A stretch of DNA of 22,551 bases from Nitrospirota bacterium (GTDB lineage: Bacteria > Nitrospirota > JACRHJ01), in NCBI GenBank assembly GCA_963733375.1, contig CAVTDB010000012.1:1-22551 (forward strand). The letters are read 5' to 3'. This document shows, piece after piece, positions 1 through 9,076 of this stretch; within the stretch, counting starts at the first letter, position 1; each line of letters begins with the position of its first letter. The notes under the pieces are model-generated. The model saw nothing but the letters and a program-made list of their open reading frames with translations. It was not told where the DNA came from and ran no database searches. Position numbers and translations under genes: made by a program.

Positions 1-39
1 CCCGCCGGGATTAAAGACAGGGAGATGGATAAGCCTTGA
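1..39 (+). CDS. 3' end of upstream gene, probably RNase P protein by synteny (partial)
   Basis: Frame 1 is open ([12 protein letters not shown]) and its TGA overlaps the yidD TTG start (TTGA). Identity is inferred only from the usual rnpA-yidD-yidC order. Confidence 0.3.
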   Translation, partial: PAGIKDREMDKP

Positions 40-245
40 AATGGCTGTTTATTGGCATTATTAAGCTATACAGGGCGGTCATATCGCCGCTTCTGCCTTC
101 GCGCTGCCGTTTCTATCCATCCTGTTCGGAATACTCCCTTTGTGCATTCACGAAATATGGTTTCTTTAAGGGCTTCTTCCTTACCGCCAAGAGGATATTA
201 AAATGCCACCCGTTTCATCCGGGCGGGTTCGATCCAGTACCGTAA
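36..245 (+). CDS. yidD: Membrane protein insertion efficiency factor YidD
   Basis: [18 protein letters not shown]...[17 protein letters not shown] signature, directly upstream of yidC. Confidence 0.95.
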   Translation: MKWLFIGIIKLYRAVISPLLPSRCRFYPSCSEYSLCAFTKYGFFKGFFLTAKRILKCHPFHPGGFDPVP

Positions 246-250
246 AACCC

Positions 251-348
251 TTACTTTCTTTTCGGGTGAAAAGAAAGTAACACAAAGAAAAGCCGTACTA
301 AAGTTCCGCTTTCTTTTGGTACTTTTCTTTCACGCGAAAGAAAAGTAC
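251..348. repeat. Doublet of A/T-rich hairpin + mirror-tail repeats (type A/A)
   Basis: TTACTTTCTTTTC-gggt-GAAAAGAAAGTAA (251-280) with tail CAAAGAAAAGC, then tail GCTTTCTTTTG with GTACTTTTCTTTC-acgc-GAAAGAAAAGTAC (319-348). Confidence 0.92.
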
Positions 349-371
349 GGTCTTAGCCTTGAAAGGTTTAA

Positions 372-1952
372 ATGGAAAAGAACTTAATTCTGGCAATAGC
401 CCTCTCGGTGGCCATACTTGTAGGTTATAACTACTTATTCCCGCCTCCCAAGCCCATGCCGGTCAAGGCCCCGGCCCCGGTTCAGGCGCCCGTTCAGCCT
501 CAGCAGGGGGCGAAGGGGGGGAACCAGGCCCCGGCGGCGCAGACTTCGGCCGCTTCAGCCCCGTCGCCGGTTTCCACGCTCCCTCAGGCGGCTAGTGCGC
601 CCGCGAAGGAAATTCCGATAGAGACTTCGCTTTACTCCGCGGTGATAACCACACGCGGCGGGACGCTCAAAAGTTTTAAATTGAAAAAGTACCAGGACGC
701 CGAGGGCAAGCCGGTTGAGATGGTCCAGCCCGAATCGACGGTGATGCCGCTCACACTGGCGCCCGTGGGGACTTCCCCGTCCCAGGCCGAGGAGGTGGTT
801 TATACCGCCGACAAGGACGCCCTGACGCTGGACAAGGGCGGCGAGGGGACGTTGACGCTTTCTGCCCAGGGGCCGGACGGTAAGACGCTGGTAAAGAATC
901 TGACGTTTAAAGACGGAAGCTATGTAATAGACGGCTCATTCGAGGCCAAGGGTTATCCGTCGGCGGTTTTGTACATGGGGGACGGCTTCGGGAGCTTGAC
1001 CAGCTTAAAAGAGAAGGGCAGGTATGGCTTCGTCGGGCCTTTCACATTGGTGGACGGGAGAAGTAAGAGGACAACCCGGCCAAGCTCGCGGTGATGAAAA
1101 ACTATTCGGGCCGGTCGGGATATACGGGAGTAACGGATAAATATTTCATAGCCGCGGTCGTGCCGTCCGGGCCGTTCAAGGCAATCGTCGGGAGTGGATC
1201 AACCGGCACCGGCATCGTGGCAATACAGTCTCACCGGGCCTGCCGAAAAATTCTCGCTGTATGTAGGACCCAAGGAGTACGACCGTCTGAAGGCGGCGGG
1301 CCACGAACTGGAAAGGGCGGTGGATTTCGGCTGGTTCACCGTAATCGCCAAGCCGCTCTTTGTCGCGCTGAAGTACTTCTATAAGTTGGTCGGCAACTGG
1401 GGCTGGGCGATTATCATTCTCACGGTAATAATAAAGGTCCTGTTCGCGCCGCTTACGCACAAGAGCCAGAAGTCCATGAAGCGCATGCAGAAGCTCCAGC
1501 CGCTATTCGCTGAACTGAAGGAAAAATATAAAGGCGATCCGGCCAAGCTCAACAAAGAGATGATGGAGCTTTACAAAAAGCACAAGGTAAACCCGATGGG
1601 CGGGTGCCTCCCGATGCTGATCCAGATTCCGGTGTTCATCGCGCTTTACAGGGTCCTGGGCAACTCGATCGAGCTTCGGCACGCGCCGTTTATGTTCTGG
1701 CTGCACGACCTCTCGGCGAAGGACCCTTACTACGTGCTCCCGATACTGATGGGCGTCTCCATGCTCGTCATGCAGAAGATGACCCCCACGACAATGGACC
1801 CCAAGCAGAACATGATGATGATGCTCATGCCGGTCATCATGGTCTTTATGTTCATCAGCCTGCCCTCGGGCCTGGTGCTGTATTTCACCGTGAGCAACCT
1901 GCTCTCGATGGCGCAGCAGTTCTATATAAACAAATATTCGGTCGAAACTTAA
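372..1952 (+). CDS. yidC: Membrane protein insertase YidC (split by at least 2 apparent frameshifts near 1065 and 1190-1225)
   Basis: N-terminal TM and periplasmic domain (372..1094), DKYF motif (1091..1384), and core [45 protein letters not shown] (1194..1952). Confidence 0.93.
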
Positions 1953-2261
1953 CCGAATCCTGAAGGTGGTTTGGGTGGACGGGATAAACCTGCTGCCAAA
2001 AGCCTGCGGGGAGGCTGGGGAAGCGGTAATAACCTTATCTTTGACCGGCACGGGAAATCTCCCTGCCAGCCGCTTTACAAACCCGTCACCCCCGCTTTAC
2101 ACGCCCCGCATGGAAGAGGTATGCCGGTACGGCGACGTCGGCAAGAGGCGCATGGCATTTCCATATCTCACACCCGGGCAGGCCTCCATTCTGAAAAAAA
2201 CGTACTTTCCGCCATATTTATTTCATGTAAAATAAAACTAAATATTTCAAAGAGTTAAAAT

Positions 2262-3682
2262 ATGTTAAACGATAAAGACACCATCTGCGCCATTTCCACC
2301 CCGCCCGGTTTCGGCGGAATCGGAATCGTCCGCATATCCGGAACGCGATGCGGTGGGGATATTGAGCGGAGTATTTTTTGCCAAAATATGGTGAAGTGGT
2401 GAGTAATTTTCAATCCCACCGCTTATATTATGGCAATGTGGTAAATCCAGATACAGGGGAGAAGGTTGACGAGGCGCTGGCAGTCCTTATGAGGGGCCCT
2501 AAAACCTATACCCGGGAGGACGTGGCCGAAATAAACTGCCACGGCGGACCGGCGGCGGTAAAGAAGACTTTGGAAATTGCCCTCCGGGCCGGGGCGCGTC
2601 TGGCCGGGCCGGGCGAGTTCACAAAGCGGGCGTTCTTAAACGGCAGGATTGACCTTACCCAGGCCGAGGCGGTCATGGACATCATATCCGCCTCCACGGA
2701 GCTGAGTCTCCAGGCGGCGGTCAAGCAGTTGTCCGGGGGCCTGAGGGAGAAAATCGACGACGTCCGCGCGGCGCTGGCGGAACTCCTGGCGCTTACGGAG
2801 CTTTCGATCGACTTCCCGGAGGAGGAAGTGGATTATGTCCCGGCTTTGGGCCTTAAGAAAAATGGGGCCATGGTCCGGGAGAAGCTGGGCGCGCTTCTAT
2901 CGACATACGACGAGGGCCGGCTTCTCAGGGAGGGGGCAAAACTTGCCATCGTGGGCGCTCCGAACGTCGGGAAATCGAGCCTTTTAAACCTGCTGACAAA
3001 GAGCGAACGCGCGATAGTGACAGAGATACCGGGCACGACACGCGACACCGTGGAGGAGCTGATAAACCTGGGCGGGGTGCTGGTCCGGGTAATTGACACG
3101 GCGGGGATACGCGAGAGCCAGTGCCCGGTGGAGAGAGAAGGGATAAAACGTTCGAAGGCGGCGATGGAGGAGGCGGATTTAATCCTCCTGGTCCTGGACG
3201 GTAGCAGGGAAGTCAACGGCGATGACATGAAGTTCCCACTTTCTTTTGCGGAAAAGAAAGTGGACAAAGAAAACGAGGCTAAAAACCGTGTTATGGTCGT
3301 AATAAATAAGGCTGACCTGCCCCAGCAAATAAATTTAGAAGTTTTTGGCGCTACCTTTTTCCAAAAAGGTAGCGAAGTTAGTCTCTCCGCCAAGACCGGC
3401 CAGGGTTTAGAGATTTTGACCTCCCGTATCCGGGAGTTGATTTTAGGTCCGGGCAGAGAAAGGGCCCCGGAGGCCGCGATTAACCTCCGGCACAAGCAGG
3501 CTCTTGAAATGGCGGACGAGGCGCTGGTCAGGTTCATTGACGGCTGCGATAAAAATCTTTCGCCGGAATTCCTTGCGCTGGAGCTTCGGGAGGCGCTGGA
3601 CGCGGTAGGCGAGGTGGTCGGCCGTACCGCCCCGGAGGACGTGCTGAACCTGATATTCAGCAAGTTCTGCATAGGGAAATAG
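2262..3682 (+). CDS. mnmE: tRNA modification GTPase MnmE (frameshift near 2345)
   Basis: ATG 2262 gives MLNDKDTICAISTPPGFGGIGIVRISG. The main frame has EINCHGG, GEFTKRAFLNGRIDLTQAEA, GAPNVGKSS, GTTRD, DTAG, NKAD, SAKTG and C-terminal FCIGK. Confidence 0.96.
3236..3275 (+). repeat. Type A repeat unit inside the mnmE coding sequence
   Basis: CCACTTTCTTTT-gcgg-AAAAGAAAGTGG plus ACAAAGAAAAC, translated in frame as PLSFAEKKVDKEN. Confidence 0.88.
3334..3374 (+). repeat. Type B repeat unit inside the mnmE coding sequence
   Basis: TTTAGAAGTTTTTGG-CGCTACCTTTTT-cc-AAAAAGGTAGCG matches intergenic TTTAAAAGTTTTTGGC..ACCTTTTT..AAAAAGGT at 9541 and 12642. Translated as LEVFGATFFQKGS. Confidence 0.88.
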
Positions 3683-3727
3683 AGTTTTAGGGTTTTCTGT
3701 TTAGCAAGAATTACGGTTTTTTCACCC

Positions 3728-3802
3728 GGTTTTCTTTGGTTACTTTCTGTCTTCGCAACGCTCTGGACAGGTAAACATTTCTTTTTTCCAAAAGAAAGTA
3801 AC
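3728..3802. repeat. Type A repeat unit interrupted by a 34-bp insertion
   Basis: GGTTTTCTTTG-GTTACTTTCT[3749-3782]TTTTTCCAAAAGAAAGTAAC. Removing the insert restores a perfect 13-bp stem. Confidence 0.75.
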
Positions 3803-3813
3803 AGAAGGTTTTC

Positions 3814-5674
3814 ATGTATCGCTATTCCAAAAAATATGACGTAATAGTCGTCGGCGCGGGGCATGCGGGCTGCGAGGCCGCTCTTGCGGCGGCGCGGATG
3901 GGGACGTCCACCCTGCTTCTTACCATGAACCTGGACTCGGTCGCCCAGATGTCCTGCAACCCGGCCATCGGCGGCCTGGCCAAGGGGCATATCGTCAAGG
4001 AAATCGACGCGTTAGGCGGGGAGATGGCCAAGGTCATCGACAAGACGGGAATCCAGTTCCGGCGTCTCAATATGAGCAAGGGTCCGGCGGTCCGGGCGAC
4101 CAGGGCGCAGGCCGATAAGTCCTGGTATCGGCGGGCGATGAAGGAGACCGTGGAGGCCCAGGTAAATTTGGACCTGAAGCAGGGGATGGCGGTCCGGATA
4201 CTGGTGGAGAACGGCCGCGCCGCCGGGATAGTCGACCAGCTTGGGACAGAGTACCGGGCATCCGCCGTGGTGCTTACCACCGGGACGTTCTTAAACGGCC
4301 TGATCCATATCGGCGAGAGCCATTTCCCGGCTGGCAGGGCGGGCGAGTTCCCCTCTCAGGGCTTAAGCGAATCGCTTGCCGAGCTTGGGTTCCCGATAGG
4401 ACGCCTCAAGACCGGCACGCCGCCGCGCATAGATGCAAAATCCATTGATTTTCAAGGACTTAAGCCCCAGCCGGGAGACGACCCGCCCCCGCCGTTCTCG
4501 TTCTCCACTGAGCGGATAACGAACTGCAGCTGCCCTGCTACATGACTTATACCAATGCCCGGACGCACGAGATTATCCTGGGAAGCTTGGACCGCTCTCC
4601 GCTTTATTCCGGCACCATAAAGGGCGTCGGCCCGCGCTACTGCCCGTCCATCGAGGACAAGGTAGTCCGGTTCGCCGATAAGGAGCGCCACCAGATTTTC
4701 CTGGAGCCGGAAGGATATAACACCTCGGAATATTACGCGAACGGGATATCCACGAGCCTTCCGGCGGACGTCCAGTTAGCCCTCGTCCGGACGGTTGTGG
4801 GCCTGGAGTCGGCGGAGCTTATGCGGCCGGGATATGCTATCGAGTATGACTTTGTCCCGCCGACCGAGCTGCTCCCGAGCCTTATGACAAAGCGCATACC
4901 GGGGCTTTTCCACGCCGGGCAGATAAACGGGACCTCCGGGTATGAGGAGGCCGCCGGCCAGGGGCTTATCGCCGGGATAAACGCGGTGAAGTACGTCCGG
5001 GGGGATGACCCCCTTGTCCTTGGCCGGGATGAGGCTTATATCGGTGTAATGATTGACGACCTGGTGACGAAGGGGATAGATGAGCCGTTTCGGATGTTCA
5101 CTTCGCGCGCGGAGTACCGGCTCCTTCTTCGGGAGGACAATGCGGACCTCCGGCTGATGGGCAAGGGCTACTCGCTTGGTCTTGTGGATGATGAAACTTA
5201 CCGGAAATTTTTAAAAAAGCGTGAGCAGGTGGAGCGCGAACTTGCGCGTCTTTCGATTACGCGCGGTCGAGCGAGACGGCGAGAGCGTTACGCTTAAAGA
5301 GATGCTGAAAAGGCCGGAAATAAGTTACGCGCAGGTGCTCTCTGAGTTATCCGCCCGACGAGGCTCTCGTCCCGCCCGGCGAGGCTCTCGCCCCTGCCGC
5401 CGCCGAGCAGGTGGAGATTTTAGTGAAATACGAGGGCTATATAAAGCGGCAGGCGGGCGAGGTGGACCGGCTGAAGCGATACGACGAGAAGCTGATCCCG
5501 CACGGGTTCGATTATTCGCTTCCGGGTCTGTCGCGCGAGGTGCGGGAGAAGCTTGCCAAGGTGGAGCCCAGGAGTGTCGGCCAGGCCGGGCGCATACCGG
5601 GGATTACTCCGGCGGCGGTGGCGATAGTCCTTGTGGCGCTTGAGAAGGGCCGGCGCGAGGGGGCCGGAGCCTAG
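3814..5674 (+). CDS. mnmG: tRNA uridine-5-carboxymethylaminomethyl(34) synthesis enzyme MnmG/GidA (frameshifts near 4525, 5265 and 5345)
   Basis: [80 protein letters not shown] and IPGITPAAV are spread over four consecutive ORF pieces. Confidence 0.96.
5351..5392 (+). repeat. 21-bp tandem duplication within mnmG
   Basis: CCGCCCGACGAGGCTCTCGTC / CCGCCCGGCGAGGCTCTCGCC (2 mismatches), read as [14 protein letters not shown] in the frame leading into [12 protein letters not shown]. Confidence 0.8.
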
Positions 5675-5687
5675 ACGGAAAGGCAAA

Positions 5688-5703
5688 AGTTCCACGTGGA
5701 ACA
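5688..5703. promoter_or_regulatory. parS centromere site
   Basis: AGTTCCACGTGGAACA, a near-perfect match to the TGTTNCACGTGNAACA parS palindrome, 1.6 kb from parAB. Confidence 0.88.
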
Positions 5704-5739
5704 ATGGCCGGCGTTCCTGCCTGAAAGTCCATCATTTAA

Positions 5740-6272
5740 ATGACTTACGCGAAAATCATATTCCTCGTTTTAATCGCCGCATACTTCCTTGACTGCGGGC
5801 TGCACCCGTATGAATATCATTTCATTGACGGGGTTAACCTGCTTTTTCACGAGGCGGGGCATCCGATATTCGGCCTTTTCGGTAACGATTTCCTAATGGT
5901 GATGGGCGGCACGCTCGGCCAGCTGATCATGCCGCTCGTTATAGTGGTTTACTTCTCTCTCACGGGCCAGCGTTATTCCTCCGCCGTGGCGGGCCTCTGG
6001 TTCTCGGAGAACTTCTTCCCTATCTCAGTCTACGCAAAGGACGCGGTCGCAATGGAACTGCCGCTTGTCGGCAACGGCGACCGCATACACGACTGGAACT
6101 ACATGCTCTCGGAGCTTCACATGCTGAACCAGGACCAGCAAATCGGAAATCTGGCCCATGCGGCCGGGCTTGTCCTGATCGGGGTGTTTTTCCTGGCGGG
6201 CGTATGGTACAGCCGAGCGGCGGTTGAGCAAAGCGGTAACAGCGCTGGAGGGAAGAAAAATGGCGGGATTGA
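5740..6272 (+). CDS. Uncharacterised integral membrane protein with an HExxH motif (possible M50-like metalloprotease); as assembled it reads through into rsmG
   Basis: About 5 hydrophobic segments, NLLFHEAGH and RIHDWNY. The 3' end is uncertain, with a TGA at 6270-6272 in a neighbouring frame. Confidence 0.65.
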
Positions 6273-6273
6273 C

Positions 6274-7079
6274 GTGGATTTGAATTTACTTTCAAAAGGT
6301 TGCGAAGTCTTAGGCTTTCCCGTCACTACCGGGGAACTCCGGCTGTTCGGGCTTTATCTTGGCGAGATCCGGAAGTGGAACAAGAAGGTGAACTTGACCG
6401 CCATCACGGAGCCGGAAGAGATCATCGTAAAGCACTTCCTGGACTCCCTGGCGCTTCGGCTGATATTGCCGATTGACAGCGAGAAGACTCCGGTAAGCAT
6501 AGCAGCGGCTTTAAGCCAGCGCGTATCGCCGGAGACGTGGGCCCTCCCGAAGGCGGGGCTTTCAGAGGGGGCGCTCTGCGGCGCACAGCGGCGCTACCGC
6601 CCAGGCCGGGGCGGAAAGCCGCCCAATTCCGCCGGCGGTCCCGCCCGGCGCTTTCCCAAAATTTCTCCGCCTGCGACATCGGGAGCGGCGCGGGCTTTCC
6701 CGGCCTGGCCCTGAAGGTCGTCCTGCCGGGCATGGCTCTTACTCTGGTGGAGCCGGTACATAAAAAGGCGGTATTCCTGCGGCAGGTAATCAGGACTCTG
6801 AACCTTTCCCCTGTAACGGCTTTAGAGGCCAGGGCCGAGGATCTGCCGGGCAAGGTCTCCACGCCTTTCGATATTGTCTTCTCCCGCGCGTTCAAGGCCC
6901 CGGCCGAGCTCCTTCCCCTGGCATTCCCCGTGCTGAAAGACGGCGGCCTGGTCGCGCTTTCCCTGGGGCCGGGTATGGAATGCGAGCCAAGCCCCGGATG
7001 GACCGTGGAGCGCGAAGAAGAGATAACCCTGCCGTTCTCGGATATCCGAAGAAGATTAATCCTCCTGAAGAAAAGCTAA
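6274..7079 (+). CDS. rsmG: 16S rRNA m7G527 methyltransferase RsmG/GidB with an internal insertion and a frameshift
   Basis: KWNKKVNLTAI..EIIVKHFLDSL (5740 frame), then DIGSGAGFPGL, LVEPVHKKAVFL, RAED, FDIVFSRAF, TLPFSDIRRRLI (6537 frame). GTG 6274 start is assumed. Confidence 0.9.
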
Positions 7080-7084
7080 CATCT

Positions 7085-7182
7085 CTACTTTTCTTTCGCG
7101 GGAAAGAAAAGTAGCAAAAGAAAGCGGGAAGCTTAAGTCCGGCTTTTCTTTGCTACTTTCTTTTCGCCCGAAAAGAAAGTAG
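7085..7182. repeat. Type A/A doublet, in reverse orientation relative to 251-348
   Basis: CTACTTTTCTTTC-gcgg-GAAAGAAAAGTAG-CAAAAGAAAGC ... GCTTTTCTTTG-CTACTTTCTTTTC-gccc-GAAAAGAAAGTAG. Confidence 0.92.
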
Positions 7183-7193
7183 GGGGTGGTTTT

Positions 7194-7209
7194 TGTTCCA
7201 CGTGGAACA
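7194..7209. promoter_or_regulatory. parS centromere site
   Basis: Perfect palindrome TGTTCCACGTGGAACA just upstream of the parA promoter. Confidence 0.93.
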
Positions 7210-7227
7210 TTCCCTGCCTCAAAAGCC

Positions 7228-7256
7228 TTGACATCGGCTCATTTCACCGTTAGAAT
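7228..7256 (+). promoter_or_regulatory. Sigma70-type promoter of parAB
   Basis: TTGACA (7228-7233), 17-bp spacer, TAGAAT (7251-7256). Confidence 0.75.
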
Positions 7257-7331
7257 GCCTCCAGTCCACCGGCCGAGAGACGGGGTTGCAAGTAAGTATT
7301 TACTTTAATAATCAATAAGTTAAGAGGTAGT

Positions 7332-8099
7332 ATGGGCAGAGCTAAGGTAATCGCCATCGCAAACCAGAAAGGCGGGGTCGGAAAAACCACCACCGCCGTC
7401 AACATGTCCGCATCCCTGGCCGCGGCGGAAAAAAGGGTGCTCCTGGTGGACACGGACCCGCAGGGCAATTCCACGTCCGGCGTCGGCGTGGACAGGGACG
7501 CCGTGGAAAGAAGCCTCTACGGTCTTTTCGCGGACAGCCTGCCCTTAAGCGAGATTATAATCCCTACGCCGCTTCCGTACCTTTCCCTGGCGCCGTCCAG
7601 CGTGGACCTGTTCGGCTCGGAGGTGGAGCTTGCCGGAAGGGACGGAAGGGAGACGGTCCTGAAGGACGCGCTACTGCCCGTACTCTCCGATTACGATTAC
7701 GTAATCATAGACTGCCCGCCCGCCCTGGGCCTTCTCACGGTAAACGCGCTCACCGCGGCGGACTCGGTGCTTATCCCCGTGCAGTGCGAGTATTACGCGC
7801 TTGAGGGCCTTTCCCAGCTTATAAAGACGCTCCAGCTCGTGCGGGAGGACTTGAACCCCGGCCTGGAGGTCGAGGGGATACTCCTGACAATGCACGACTC
7901 CCGAAACAATCTCTCCCGGCAGGTGGAAAACGAAGTCCGGGAGCATTTCCATGAAAAGGTGTACCAGACCATGATCCCAAGGAACGTAAGCCTGTCCGAG
8001 GCCCCGAGCTTCGGAAAGCCTATCATACTGTACGACATCCGCTCGAAAGGTGCACAGAGCTACCTCTCGCTTGCAAGGGAGGTTATGAGCCATGTCTAA
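7332..8099 (+). CDS. parA: Chromosome partitioning ATPase ParA/Soj
   Basis: Deviant Walker A NQKGGVGKTTT, DTDPQGNST, IIDCPP, PVQCEYYALEG, IPRNVSLSEAPSFG. Confidence 0.97.
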   Translation: MGRAKVIAIANQKGGVGKTTTAVNMSASLAAAEKRVLLVDTDPQGNSTSGVGVDRDAVERSLYGLFADSLPLSEIIIPTPLPYLSLAPSSVDLFGSEVELAGRDGRETVLKDALLPVLSDYDYVIIDCPPALGLLTVNALTAADSVLIPVQCEYYALEGLSQLIKTLQLVREDLNPGLEVEGILLTMHDSRNNLSRQVENEVREHFHEKVYQTMIPRNVSLSEAPSFGKPIILYDIRSKGAQSYLSLAREVMSHV

Positions 8100-8958
8100 A
8101 ACCATGTCCAAGACCTCTCTCGGCAAAGGGCTTGGCGCGCTCATCCCGGCCGGCTCGCCGGGCATGCTCCTGAAAGGGACAGGGGGGGGCGCGACCGAAG
8201 TGGAGCTTCACCGGATAATCGCAAGCGAATACCAGCCCCGGAAAAATTTCAAGGACGACGCCATCGCATCGCTGGCCGAATCCATAAAGAGCGTCGGCGT
8301 AATCCAGCCGGTGATACTAAGGAGGCGGGACGAAGGCGGATATCAGCTTATCGCCGGTGAGCGCAGGTTCCGGGCGGCCGCCCTCGCCGGGCTTACAAGA
8401 ATTCCGGCGATAGTGAAGGACGTATCACCCGCCGAGGTCCTGGAGATGGCGCTGGTGGAGAATATACAGCGGGAGGACTTAAACCCCATAGAGACCGCCG
8501 AAGCCTATGAGCGGCTGGTCGGCGAGTTCAAGCTGACGCAGGAGGAGCTATCCGCGAAGGTGGGGAAGGAACGCTCCACCGTGGCCAATTTTTTAAGGCT
8601 CCTGACCCTTCCTTCGGAAGTGAAACGCGACCTGGCCGAGGGCGATCTTTCGATGGGGCACGCAAAGGCGATATTGTCGCTTGATGCGGCGTCGAAGCAG
8701 ATGGCGCTCAGGCGTGAAATAATCTCGCGGGGCTTATCCGTGCGCGAGGCGGAAGGCGCGGCGAAGAGGCTGAAAGCCCCCGGCCATGTGATAAAGAAGA
8801 AGGAGCCCTCCGCGCAGATGGCGATGCTGGAGGACGAGCTGAAGAAGAAGCTCGGCACGAAGGTGAAGATAAAGCGCAAGGGGAAGCGCGGCTCCATCAA
8901 CATCGAATTTTATTCCGACGCCGAACTGGACAGGCTTCTGGAATTTTTAAGGGGATGA
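8092..8958 (+). CDS. parB: Chromosome partitioning CTPase ParB/Spo0J
   Basis: LGKGLGALI N-terminus, YQPR, IAGERRFRAA, LVENIQREDLNPIE, HTH TQEELSAKVGKERSTVANFLRLL. Confidence 0.97.
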   Translation: MSKTMSKTSLGKGLGALIPAGSPGMLLKGTGGGATEVELHRIIASEYQPRKNFKDDAIASLAESIKSVGVIQPVILRRRDEGGYQLIAGERRFRAAALAGLTRIPAIVKDVSPAEVLEMALVENIQREDLNPIETAEAYERLVGEFKLTQEELSAKVGKERSTVANFLRLLTLPSEVKRDLAEGDLSMGHAKAILSLDAASKQMALRREIISRGLSVREAEGAAKRLKAPGHVIKKKEPSAQMAMLEDELKKKLGTKVKIKRKGKRGSINIEFYSDAELDRLLEFLRG

Positions 8959-8966
8959 GGTAAACC

Positions 8967-9061
8967 GTTACTTTCTTTTCGAGAAAAGAAAGTAACCAAA
9001 GAAAAGCGAAAATGTCCGGCTTTCTTTTGGTTACTTTTCTTTCACCTGAAAGAAAAGTAAC
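8967..9061. repeat. Type A/A doublet
   Basis: GTTACTTTCTTTTC-ga-GAAAAGAAAGTAAC-CAAAGAAAAGC ... GCTTTCTTTTG-GTTACTTTTCTTTC-acct-GAAAGAAAAGTAAC. Confidence 0.92.
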
Positions 9062-9076
9062 AATTAAGGAGGCACC

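Noticed and set aside
1810-1830. ATG trinucleotide run (NMMMMLM) in yidC as a contingency repeat
   Set aside because: It is in frame, short, and lies in a normally Met-rich YidC segment.
2219-2234. Third parS site (TATTTCATGTAAAATA)
   Set aside because: Four mismatches to consensus in an AT-rich tract. At best a decayed site.
1953-7330. oriC within the window
   Set aside because: No cluster of TTATCCACA-type DnaA boxes in any intergenic gap. The origin is probably nearby but outside the window.
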